DNA of 64,000 nt from Thalassotalea sp. (GTDB lineage Bacteria > Pseudomonadota > Gammaproteobacteria > Enterobacterales > Alteromonadaceae). Location of the stretch: the NCBI GenBank assembly GCA_051251725.1, contig JBPOFN010000018.1, positions 15,811-79,810 of the forward strand, in the 5' to 3' direction. The position numbers were made by a program, and so were the translations under genes. How positions within the stretch are numbered: the stretch's first letter is position 1; each line of letters begins with the position of its first letter. The notes beneath the pieces were generated by a model. It was not told the origin of the DNA. It made no database searches and saw nothing but the letters and a program-made list of their open reading frames with translations. This document shows positions 56,472 through 64,000 of this stretch, in pieces.

Positions 56472-56583
56472 AAATAATTATTTATTACAAAATATAAAAT
56501 CTAATAAACAATAGTGATACTCATATAACATTCATTCGTTTGAATTTATGTTATTAAGTTCCGATAAAAATTGAGTTATAAAA

Positions 56584-58197
56584 ATGACAATAAAAAGTAT
56601 TCATATGATCCTGCTGGGTATTGCTTTGTGTATTAGTAATACTCAGGCAAAAAACTTATCAACCAATTCTGCTGCTAATTTAAAGAAGCCTAAACCCAAT
56701 GTTGTACTGATTTTTTCAGATGACCAAATGTGGAATAGTTTAGGTTTACTTGAAAATAGCGAGGTAAAAACCCCAAATCTCGACCGATTAGCTGCCAAGG
56801 GAGCGGCATTTACTAATGCCTATAATATGGGCTCATATGCGCCCGCAGTCTGTGTTTCAAGCCGTGCAATGCTTAATACCGGTGCGTTTCTATGGCGCGC
56901 AGAAGCACTGACAAAGAGCAGACGCAATCACCAAGATCGTAATACACCTAAAAACCTTCAGACAATTAATTATAAATTGGATAAAAGCATACCAGATGCT
57001 TATTGGTCGCAGTATATGCAACAAGCAGGTTACGAAACCTACTTCGCTGGTAAATGGCATGTACAAGGCGTAGACGCGAGTCAAATATTTGATCATACAC
57101 TGAATGTTAGAGGTGGCATGCCGAAAGCACATAGTACCTTTTACTCACGAAAATTTGAGCAAGGTAAACCTGACGGAGTACCTTATAACAAAGCATTAGA
57201 GGGTTTTTGGCGAGGCGGAAAACATTGGAGTGAAGTACTTGCCGATGATAGTGAAACGTTTTTTGAACAAGCTAAAGTCAGTGACAAACCTTTTTTCATG
57301 TATCTAGCGTTTAATGCGCCACATGATCCCCGCCAAGCACCGAAAAAATATATCGACATGTACGATGTTAATAACATCAAAGTACCGACAAATTTCTTAG
57401 CTGAGTATCCTTATAATGAGGAAGCTGGTGCGGGCCGATCTTTGCGCGACGAGCGAACGGCACCCTTTCCGCGCACCGAACATGCAATTAAGGTGACACG
57501 ACAAGAATATTTTGCCTTAATTACTCATATGGATGAGCAGATCGGACGAGTTTTAGCTGCCTTAGAAAAGAGCGGAAAAGCGGATAATACTTATGTCTTT
57601 TTCACCTCGGATCACGGATTAGCGGTTGGCGACCACGGCTTTTTAGGTAAGCAAAATATGTATGATAGCAGTATGAAAGTCCCTTTTTTAATTACGGGTC
57701 CAGGTATACCTGCTAGTAGCACAGTAGATGCACCCATTTATTTGCAAGATGTTATGGCAACATCACTTGCTATTGCGGGTGTTGAAAAACCGGCACAAGT
57801 TGATTTTCACAATATCTTGCCGTTAGCTCAAAGGAAAACAACCCAAGGTAAATACGACAGTATTTATGGCGCATATATCACAACACAACGTATGTTCCGT
57901 CATGGTAAATATAAACTCATTATGTACCCAAGAGCGAATGTGATCCGTTTATATGACATGGAAAATGATCCGCTAGAGACTATCGATCTTGCTGAAGGTG
58001 AAAAACGTCCGGTGGCATTAATTAAAAAATTGTTTAATGAATTTCAACTTCAACAACAGCTAATGCATGATCCTCTTAATGTAAGTGACCTAGTTGATAA
58101 CTTTTTAAACAACATACCGCCCACCACTATTGCTAAAGCAAGTTCAAAAGGCAAAAAGGCTTCAAAAAAATCAAACAATAATAATCAGGTTCATTAA
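56584..58197 (+). CDS. S1 sulfatase with non-canonical C-V-S-S-R active-site motif
   Basis: 537 aa with a signal peptide. NVVLIFSDDQMW, PAVCVSSRAMLNTG (56851..56865), GKWHVQG and TSDHGLAVGDHG. Lys-rich C-terminal tail. Confidence 0.88.
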   Translation: MTIKSIHMILLGIALCISNTQAKNLSTNSAANLKKPKPNVVLIFSDDQMWNSLGLLENSEVKTPNLDRLAAKGAAFTNAYNMGSYAPAVCVSSRAMLNTGAFLWRAEALTKSRRNHQDRNTPKNLQTINYKLDKSIPDAYWSQYMQQAGYETYFAGKWHVQGVDASQIFDHTLNVRGGMPKAHSTFYSRKFEQGKPDGVPYNKALEGFWRGGKHWSEVLADDSETFFEQAKVSDKPFFMYLAFNAPHDPRQAPKKYIDMYDVNNIKVPTNFLAEYPYNEEAGAGRSLRDERTAPFPRTEHAIKVTRQEYFALITHMDEQIGRVLAALEKSGKADNTYVFFTSDHGLAVGDHGFLGKQNMYDSSMKVPFLITGPGIPASSTVDAPIYLQDVMATSLAIAGVEKPAQVDFHNILPLAQRKTTQGKYDSIYGAYITTQRMFRHGKYKLIMYPRANVIRLYDMENDPLETIDLAEGEKRPVALIKKLFNEFQLQQQLMHDPLNVSDLVDNFLNNIPPTTIAKASSKGKKASKKSNNNNQVH

Positions 58198-58202
58198 CTA
58201 AG

Positions 58203-59672
58203 ATGATATTTAACATGATAACTAACTTAACATTAAAAAAGCTAATAGCAGTGAGTGCGCTAGTGTTGTTTACAGCAACGACCTTAGCCGAAGCTCCAAC
58301 ACACTCGGATAAAACTGCACCATTAGGCACAGCCCAATGGTTAGATGAAGCAAAGTTCGGCATGTTCATTCATTGGGGGGTTTATTCAGAATTGGCCCGT
58401 GGCGAATGGGTGATGAATCGCGAAAAAATTTCTGTTGATAAATACTCTCAATTAGCTAAAGACTTTAATCCAGTTAAATTTAATGCTGAACAATGGGTTG
58501 CCATTGCAAAAAATGCCGGTATGAAATACATCACTATAACTGCAAAGCATCATGACGGTTTTGCCATTTATGACTCAGCGGTTGATGATTACAATATTGT
58601 TGATGGCACACCGTTTAAACGAGATGCCCTAAAAGAATTACAAATAGCGAGTGAAAAAGCGGGCATTAAACTCGGCTTTTACTATTCACAAACACAAGAT
58701 TGGTATCACAAAGGTGGCGCAGGAAGAAAATGGGATCGTGCACAACACGGCGATTTCCGCCAGTATTTAGAAACCGTTTCTTTTCCTCAAATTAAAGAAT
58801 TATTAACTTATAACCCTACGCATTTATGGTTTGATACGCCGCACTCAATGACTGCCGATATTGGTCGAGAAATTGTTGATATGGTACGAAAGATTAAACC
58901 TGATACCTTGGTGAATAGCCGGTTAATGTATCATGGTAATCAAGTTCAAAAACTTAAACCTGCTCAATTAACTGAGCTGACTGATATTGGTGTCGATTTT
59001 CTTTCCTATCGCGATCGCACGATTCCACCGAATAGCCCGTGGGATTATTGGGAAACGTGTATGACCTTGAATAATTCATGGGGTTATAGAGCATCTGATA
59101 ATGAATGGAAAAGTAGCAAAAAAGTTGTGATGCAACTGGCTGAAGTTGTTAGTAAAGGAGGCTCCTTTTTATTAAACGTAGGGCCGACGTCTGAAGGTGT
59201 TATCCCACAACCAGCGGTAGAGACTTTAGCCCGGGTAGGTGATTGGTTAAAAATAAATGGTGAAGCTATTTACGGCGCTGAAAAATCAACATTGGTAGGC
59301 GAAAGCTACGTCCCGAATACGTCAGCTAAGCAGCAAGCGTTACTTGAAAAAGAGGCATTAGCAACGGGTGCCGGTAAAAAGTCGAAAAAACATGCTGAAA
59401 AAGCCTACAACTGGATTGCCACAGAAAGATTAGCAACGAATACACAGCCAGCTAAAACCTATATACATGTGTTTGAATGGCCAGAGAAAAAATTCGAAGT
59501 GTCAGGCATCACTAAAAAAATAAATAAAGTGTATTTGCTAAGTGATAAAACCAAAACACTGAGTTTTTCACAAAAAGGCGATGTTCTTAACGTGGTACTG
59601 CCTAATAAAGTACCAGACTCAATTGCCGATGTGTTAACGCTAGAATATCTTTCTTTTAAAAGTATATTTTGA
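58203..59672 (+). CDS. glycoside hydrolase family 29 alpha-L-fucosidase
   Basis: 489 aa with a signal peptide. GMFIHWGVYS, AKHHDGFAIYDS, HLWFDTP and WETCMTLNNSWGY. It starts 5 nt after the sulfatase stop. Confidence 0.9.
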   Translation: MIFNMITNLTLKKLIAVSALVLFTATTLAEAPTHSDKTAPLGTAQWLDEAKFGMFIHWGVYSELARGEWVMNREKISVDKYSQLAKDFNPVKFNAEQWVAIAKNAGMKYITITAKHHDGFAIYDSAVDDYNIVDGTPFKRDALKELQIASEKAGIKLGFYYSQTQDWYHKGGAGRKWDRAQHGDFRQYLETVSFPQIKELLTYNPTHLWFDTPHSMTADIGREIVDMVRKIKPDTLVNSRLMYHGNQVQKLKPAQLTELTDIGVDFLSYRDRTIPPNSPWDYWETCMTLNNSWGYRASDNEWKSSKKVVMQLAEVVSKGGSFLLNVGPTSEGVIPQPAVETLARVGDWLKINGEAIYGAEKSTLVGESYVPNTSAKQQALLEKEALATGAGKKSKKHAEKAYNWIATERLATNTQPAKTYIHVFEWPEKKFEVSGITKKINKVYLLSDKTKTLSFSQKGDVLNVVLPNKVPDSIADVLTLEYLSFKSIF

Positions 59673-59847
59673 CAAGAACACGCGGTTATTAGCGGCTAGT
59701 ATGGGGTATTTCTATTATGAGAATTTGGTGACCTAAGCACTTTGCGCCGTGTTTATTAAAGGCACCATGTTTGATATGGGGACTAACGCTAGTAAGCCAC
59801 AATAAAAATAAAAAACAACATTACTTTTAGCTAAGTTTTTAATAAAA

Positions 59848-59905
59848 CTAAGGATAATCAATTGAAATTACAATATTCATTTAAGCTTATGACTTTAAGC
59901 CTAAG
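59848..59905 (+). repeat. duplicated RBS + TTG start + signal-peptide-start module (copy 1)
   Basis: ctaaggataatcaattgaaattacaatattcatttaagcttatgactttaagcctaag matches 61693..61750 at ~50/57 positions by hand alignment. Confidence 0.8.
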
Positions 59906-61577
59906 TACCTTGAGAACACTATTTTCTCTGTTATTAATTGTGTTACCGTTTGCTTGTGCGCAAGCCGCCTCAACAACTGTTTCAACCACATCATTATTAA
60001 AAGAGATGATTGATAGAGATAAAATCGCCAGCTTTCCAACTGACGATTTTCGTTTAAAGCAACACAGCAGTTATAACCAAATATCGACCACACCTGAAGA
60101 TAAAGAAACATGGTTTGCTAATTCTGACTACACCACGCCAAGAGCAAGTGGCTTAGATGACAGTAAATTTATTCGACTTGAAAAAAATGCCCAAGGTAAA
60201 AAAGAATGGGTGTTAATGGATCATCAAGGCCCCGGCGCACTGGTTAGAGTGTGGATGCCAGAAGATAATTTAAGAGGCTCAAAAGTACGATTTTATTTTG
60301 ATGGTGAAACCACACCAAGATTTGAAAGAGACATAGCGACATTTTTTAATGGCGATGGTGAAGTGCCTTACCCATTAGCGCATAAATCGTTGTTTTCAGC
60401 CGTTTCATTCTTCCCTCTGCCTTATGCTAAAGGCTTAAAAATTACGGTATCTAAAAAGCCGTTCTTTTTTCAGTACACGTTTAGAGAATATACTGATAAA
60501 GCTAACATCAAAACATTTGAATTAAGTGACTTAGAAACGAACAAAGCCTTGATTAAAGAAGTAGGTGAAACATTACTCAACCCTAAAAACACCACCAAGG
60601 GTAAAAAAGTTTCGTTTGCAGCAAAGCTAAACAAAAACCAAGAAAAGTCTGTAGCACTCCCTAAAGGCAATGCCGCCATTAGAACCTTGCAAGTAAAATT
60701 AGGTGATTACGCGTCTGATCCTGAGGTTACCCGTAAAGTAATCCTTAAAATTGAGTTTGATGGCAAAGAAACTGTATGGACGCCAATTGGAGACTTTTTT
60801 GGCACTGGCATTGGCTTAAACCCTCATCAAGGTTGGGACAAAACCGTATCAGAAGACGGTACATTATCAACACGTTGGGTAATGCCTTATCAACAATCAG
60901 GTAAAATATCGTTAGTTAACTTAAGTGATAAGCCGGTAGATGTGCAATTAAATGCGGTGATTGGTGATTGGCAGTGGGACAAGCAGTCATTGTATTTTAA
61001 CTCGGCTTGGCACGGACAATACCCAGTAGCAACCGTACCTCATTCTGACTGGAACTACGTAACGCTAAAAGGTCGTGGTGTTTATGTGAGCGACACCTTA
61101 ACCATAATGAACCCGACTGCTTCTTGGTGGGGTGAAGGCGATGAGAAAATTTGGGTTGATGGCGAAGATTTCCCATCACTTTTCGGTACAGGTACTGAAG
61201 ATTACTACGGTTATTCGTGGGGCGGTAAAGCCAATGACTTTTATGAACATCCATTTCATGCACAACCACGTTCATACATATATAACAAACTAAATAGAAA
61301 GCCTACATCAAACCTGACCTCAAGAAACACGGCAGGCTATAGCACTGAAGTAAGAAGCCGCGCATTAGACACCATGCCGTTTGGTAGCTCGTTACAGCTT
61401 GATATGGAAGTATGGTCAAAAACAGATTGTGATATGGGCTATGGCGTAGGTATGTCGTGGTATGGCGATGCTAATACGACATCGAATAGAGTGGCAGATA
61501 TTAAAGAAGTACTTAATGTTCCACCATTGCCAAATCCGTTACCACCAACACCACCGAGTAAAAAGAAGAAAAAATAA
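59862..61577 (+). CDS. DUF2961 (glycoside hydrolase family 172-like) secreted protein
   Basis: 571 aa with a TTG start and a signal peptide. Blocks GPGALVRVWMP, FYFDGE, PLPYAKGLKIT, IGDFFGTG and WWGEGDEKIWVDGEDFPSLFGTGTEDYYGYSWG. Pro/Lys-rich C-terminal tail. Confidence 0.85.
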   Translation: MKLQYSFKLMTLSLSTLRTLFSLLLIVLPFACAQAASTTVSTTSLLKEMIDRDKIASFPTDDFRLKQHSSYNQISTTPEDKETWFANSDYTTPRASGLDDSKFIRLEKNAQGKKEWVLMDHQGPGALVRVWMPEDNLRGSKVRFYFDGETTPRFERDIATFFNGDGEVPYPLAHKSLFSAVSFFPLPYAKGLKITVSKKPFFFQYTFREYTDKANIKTFELSDLETNKALIKEVGETLLNPKNTTKGKKVSFAAKLNKNQEKSVALPKGNAAIRTLQVKLGDYASDPEVTRKVILKIEFDGKETVWTPIGDFFGTGIGLNPHQGWDKTVSEDGTLSTRWVMPYQQSGKISLVNLSDKPVDVQLNAVIGDWQWDKQSLYFNSAWHGQYPVATVPHSDWNYVTLKGRGVYVSDTLTIMNPTASWWGEGDEKIWVDGEDFPSLFGTGTEDYYGYSWGGKANDFYEHPFHAQPRSYIYNKLNRKPTSNLTSRNTAGYSTEVRSRALDTMPFGSSLQLDMEVWSKTDCDMGYGVGMSWYGDANTTSNRVADIKEVLNVPPLPNPLPPTPPSKKKKK

Positions 61578-61656
61578 TGCACTAGCTGGACACACTAAGT
61601 TGTTAAAAGCGCGGAAAGAATCGGGCTAGCACTGATTATAAACAATCATTATTACA

Positions 61657-61692
61657 GTTAATTAACTTTTACCCGTGTTCAAGTTAATTAAC
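61657..61692. promoter_or_regulatory. two copies of the palindrome GTTAATTAAC spaced 26 bp apart (candidate operator pair)
   Basis: The copies are at 61657..61666 and 61683..61692. Each is preceded by A. The pair sits immediately upstream of the RBS of 61707..63488. Confidence 0.35.
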
Positions 61693-61750
61693 CTAAGGAT
61701 AACCAATTGAAATTACATTATACATGTAAGCTTATTATTTTAAGCTTAAG
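61693..61750 (+). repeat. duplicated RBS + TTG start + signal-peptide-start module (copy 2)
   Basis: ctaaggataaccaattgaaattacattatacatgtaagcttattattttaagcttaag; see 59848..59905. Confidence 0.8.
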
Positions 61751-63488
61751 CCTCACAACACTCTCGGCCTATGCAAAGCCTACGGTGGGAGCAGATGACA
61801 AGAAACGACCTAACGTTATTATAGTTATGACTGACGACCAAGGTTATGGCGATCTTTCGGCGCACGGTAATCCAATACTTAAGACGCCCAATCTAGATCA
61901 ACTTTCTTCGGAATCTGTGCGTTTTAATGACTTTCACGTCAGTCCTTTTTGTACACCCACGCGTGCTGCACTCATGACAGGTAACCACCCTGGTTATACC
62001 GGCGCCTTCCGAACGTCATCGGGACGCACAATGATGCACCCAGATGAGAAAACCATGGCTAACCTGTTTGCTGATTCTGGCTACGTCACAGGAATGATTG
62101 GCAAATGGCATTTAGGTGATAATGCCCCGCACAGACCACAAGACCGTGGATTTCAAGATGTTGTTTGGCATCGCGCTGGTGCTGTTGGGCAAGCACCTGA
62201 TTACTGGGGAAATGATTATTTTGATGATGTCTACGAACGTAACGGTGAATATGAGAATTTCAACGGTTATGTCACCGACATTTGGTTTCGAGAAAGCATT
62301 CGATTTATTGAACAAAATAAGGAAAAACCTTTCTTTCTATATTTATCGCTTAACGCACCACACGGTCCTTACTTTGTTCCCGAAAAATGGGAAAAACCCT
62401 ATTTAGATAATCCGGCCGTTTATAATTCGAAGTTCTATGGGATGATCGCCAATATCGATCACAATATGGGGATATTACGTAATCGTTTAGCAGAGCTTGC
62501 TCTAGATGAGAATACTATTTTGATATTCATGACTGACAACGGTACGGCTGGAGGCGGAAAATTTAAAGGCTTAGACTCTGAAGTGGTTGTTGGTTATAAC
62601 GCGGAGATGCGCGGGAAAAAGTCGTCTGTATACGAAGGCGGGCATCGCGTGCCATTTTTCATTCATTGGCCGAAAGGCGGGTTACAAGGCGGACGCGATA
62701 TAGATACCTTAGCCGCACATATTGATGTACTGCCAACCTTGGCCGAGCTAACTAACATAGAAGTTCCTGCGTCATTTGACGTCGATGGTCTATCTCTTGG
62801 CCCCTTACTAGAAAACAGTGATGAACCTTGGCCACGTGACCATCTCGTTGTTCAATTTCATGGTGGTGCCCGCGCCGTAGGGTTTCCGCTACAGCCATTA
62901 GAGAATTCTGTTGTACTTACCGAACGTTGGAGATTGGTGAATTCTAAAGAGGAAGAGCTATATGATATCCAAAAGGATCCTTCGCAACGTAATAACGTGC
63001 TGGCAAAACATCCTGATGTAGTGAAGGAGTTAAGAGCACTTTACCAACCGTTTTGGCAAAGGGTTTCACCACGCATGGCTGACCCTGTTCGTATCGACAT
63101 CGGTAACCCTAACGAGTTAAACACTGTACTTAGCTCGCAAGATTGGTATATGGAAAAAGGTAATCCTCCTTGGAACTTCCCCATGATTAAGCGTTTACCG
63201 AAAGTAACCGGCCCTTGGTTTGTCGACGTTAATCAAGCAGGATCATATAAGCTGACGTTGCGCCAGTGGCCGCGTGAAGCGGGTAAAGCGATTAAAGCAG
63301 ATCGCGCTGTATTGAAAATCTCCGGCTTGGAAAAGTCGAGTGCAATTAAACCTGGCAGCTTAGGCGTTGAATTCAATATAGATTTGCCAGCAGGCCCTAC
63401 TAAACTGCTCACTTATCTTCATACCAAAGACGGTAAAGTTGGTGGCGCCTATTTTGTCGATGTTGAATGGTTAGGAAATTACAAATAA
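61707..63488 (+). CDS. S1 (formylglycine-dependent, Cys-type) sulfatase
   Basis: 593 aa with a TTG start and a signal peptide. NVIIVMTDDQGYGD, FGly motif PFCTPTRAALMTG, GKWHLGD and MTDNG. Confidence 0.9.
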   Translation: MKLHYTCKLIILSLSLTTLSAYAKPTVGADDKKRPNVIIVMTDDQGYGDLSAHGNPILKTPNLDQLSSESVRFNDFHVSPFCTPTRAALMTGNHPGYTGAFRTSSGRTMMHPDEKTMANLFADSGYVTGMIGKWHLGDNAPHRPQDRGFQDVVWHRAGAVGQAPDYWGNDYFDDVYERNGEYENFNGYVTDIWFRESIRFIEQNKEKPFFLYLSLNAPHGPYFVPEKWEKPYLDNPAVYNSKFYGMIANIDHNMGILRNRLAELALDENTILIFMTDNGTAGGGKFKGLDSEVVVGYNAEMRGKKSSVYEGGHRVPFFIHWPKGGLQGGRDIDTLAAHIDVLPTLAELTNIEVPASFDVDGLSLGPLLENSDEPWPRDHLVVQFHGGARAVGFPLQPLENSVVLTERWRLVNSKEEELYDIQKDPSQRNNVLAKHPDVVKELRALYQPFWQRVSPRMADPVRIDIGNPNELNTVLSSQDWYMEKGNPPWNFPMIKRLPKVTGPWFVDVNQAGSYKLTLRQWPREAGKAIKADRAVLKISGLEKSSAIKPGSLGVEFNIDLPAGPTKLLTYLHTKDGKVGGAYFVDVEWLGNYK

Positions 63489-63544
63489 TACTGAAAGCCA
63501 AGTAAAACCATTACCTTTAATCAATGTCTTGCCTCCAAGTAATG

Positions 63545-63578
63545 CCAGTCAGTTAAGCTGACTGGTATTTTTGTTTTT
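63545..63578 (+). terminator. Rho-independent terminator
   Basis: Perfect 8-bp stem ccagtcag / ctgactgg with a 5-nt loop, followed by tatttttgttttt, 57 nt after the stop at 63488. Confidence 0.75.
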
Positions 63579-64000
63579 ATTCCTTGGGTATTTTGATGGT
63601 TTTGGTTTAATCCACCTGCGATACCTGCTTTCTTCGCGTCTTGCGGGCAGCCTAAAGTAGCTGAATTGTTAAAGTAACAATGCCTAATGCTTCGGTATAT
63701 TACCCGGTGAGGTTAACGGTATTGTTGCAAAATTGAGTGACAGCCATAGAGCAACTAGCAAAACTCAATTGATTAGGCGCTACACTATCAAGCCTACCTG
63801 CTGCCCATTGTGCTAATTTGAGCTTCCCATAGTGATACATCCAAATTAAGTGTGTTACGCCAAGTTTTGGCTAACGCAAATAATCAATTATAACGCTGAG
63901 TATCGTTTACGGTTATTAGTGTGAAACATTGATAAATGTGGATCAAGTAACAGTTCCAGTTCATTGATATAAGATAAAGACTATAAAGAGGAATTAACAT

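Noticed and set aside
61621-61660. A possible additional copy of the 54-bp element upstream of 61707 (gcggaaagaatcgggctagcACTGATtataaACAATca), and a reverse-strand look-alike at ~39100..39150 (ttgtcatc...ctgtt).
   Set aside because: Only short sub-motifs match, and the spacing differs by 3-5 nt from the three good copies. The evidence is insufficient.
1292-62406. About 60 short track ORFs (60-130 aa) nested inside or antisense to long CDSs, e.g. 1292..1549, 2634..2885, 15318..15551, 23186..23509, 30701..31000, 43829..44155, 50973..51365, 62116..62406.
   Set aside because: All overlap much longer ORFs that carry clear family motifs. They show low-complexity or odd composition and have no signal, RBS or motif support of their own, so they are treated as frame noise.
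63579-64000. Short minus-strand ORFs after the last terminator, e.g. the 54-codon MYHYGKLKLAQWAAGRLDSV... and a 37-codon ORF from the ATG at 63998..64000.
   Set aside because: They are below any reasonable length or motif threshold, and no family is recognised. They could be fragments of a gene lying beyond the window edge, but this cannot be supported.
1-64000. Searched by eye for rRNA, tRNA (T-arm GGTTCGAATCC-like strings), CRISPR repeat-spacer periodicity, transposase, integrase or phage genes, and toxin-antitoxin or defence-system genes.
   Set aside because: None found. All large ORFs are accounted for by glycan-utilisation, regulatory or unknown envelope functions. A covariance-model or HMM scan would be needed to exclude small RNAs.

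Overview
This is an AT-rich bacterial chromosomal segment, roughly 38-45% GC as judged by hand counts on a few lines rather than by computation. I found no rRNA, tRNA, CRISPR array, transposase or integrase. The gene content fits a marine gammaproteobacterium (Alteromonadales-like): a TonB-dependent receptor without SusD, a GGDEF protein, FucP, and many Sec, Tat and lipoprotein signals. Taxonomy cannot be verified here. Nearly the whole window is one accessory polysaccharide-utilisation island aimed at a sulfated, O-acetylated, fucose-rich glycan of the fucoidan type. It encodes GH95 and two GH29 alpha-L-fucosidases. It also encodes two paralogous candidate endo-fucanases (GH107-like), one of them interrupted by an in-frame TAG. 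There are three Cys-type S1 sulfatases plus a sulfatase remnant, four unrelated serine esterases, a DUF2961/GH172 protein and two large paralogous beta-helix proteins. A TonB-dependent receptor with an adjacent Ig/DUF285 surface lipoprotein, FucP, an ECF sigma / FecR-LamG anti-sigma pair and a GGDEF cyclase complete the set. The most unusual content is a group of PVC-superphylum hallmark modules of unknown function embedded in the island. The first is two tandem pairs, each combining a membrane-anchored CxxCH-bearing giant protein with a Tat-exported DUF1552 (HxxSH) partner. The giant protein has the DUF1587/1592/1595/1588/1585 architecture preceded by a His-rich five-helix membrane domain. 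The second is a DUF1080 protein paired with a PVC-type heme-binding dehydrogenase-like protein. Other observations are three decayed gene fragments and a conserved ~54-bp intergenic element in 3 (possibly 4) copies. There is also a duplicated RBS + TTG-start + signal-peptide module on two unrelated genes, a non-canonical CVSSR sulfatase motif, a dockerin-like module and a PDZ-fused beta-helix protein. All family calls rest on motifs read by eye; no database search was run.
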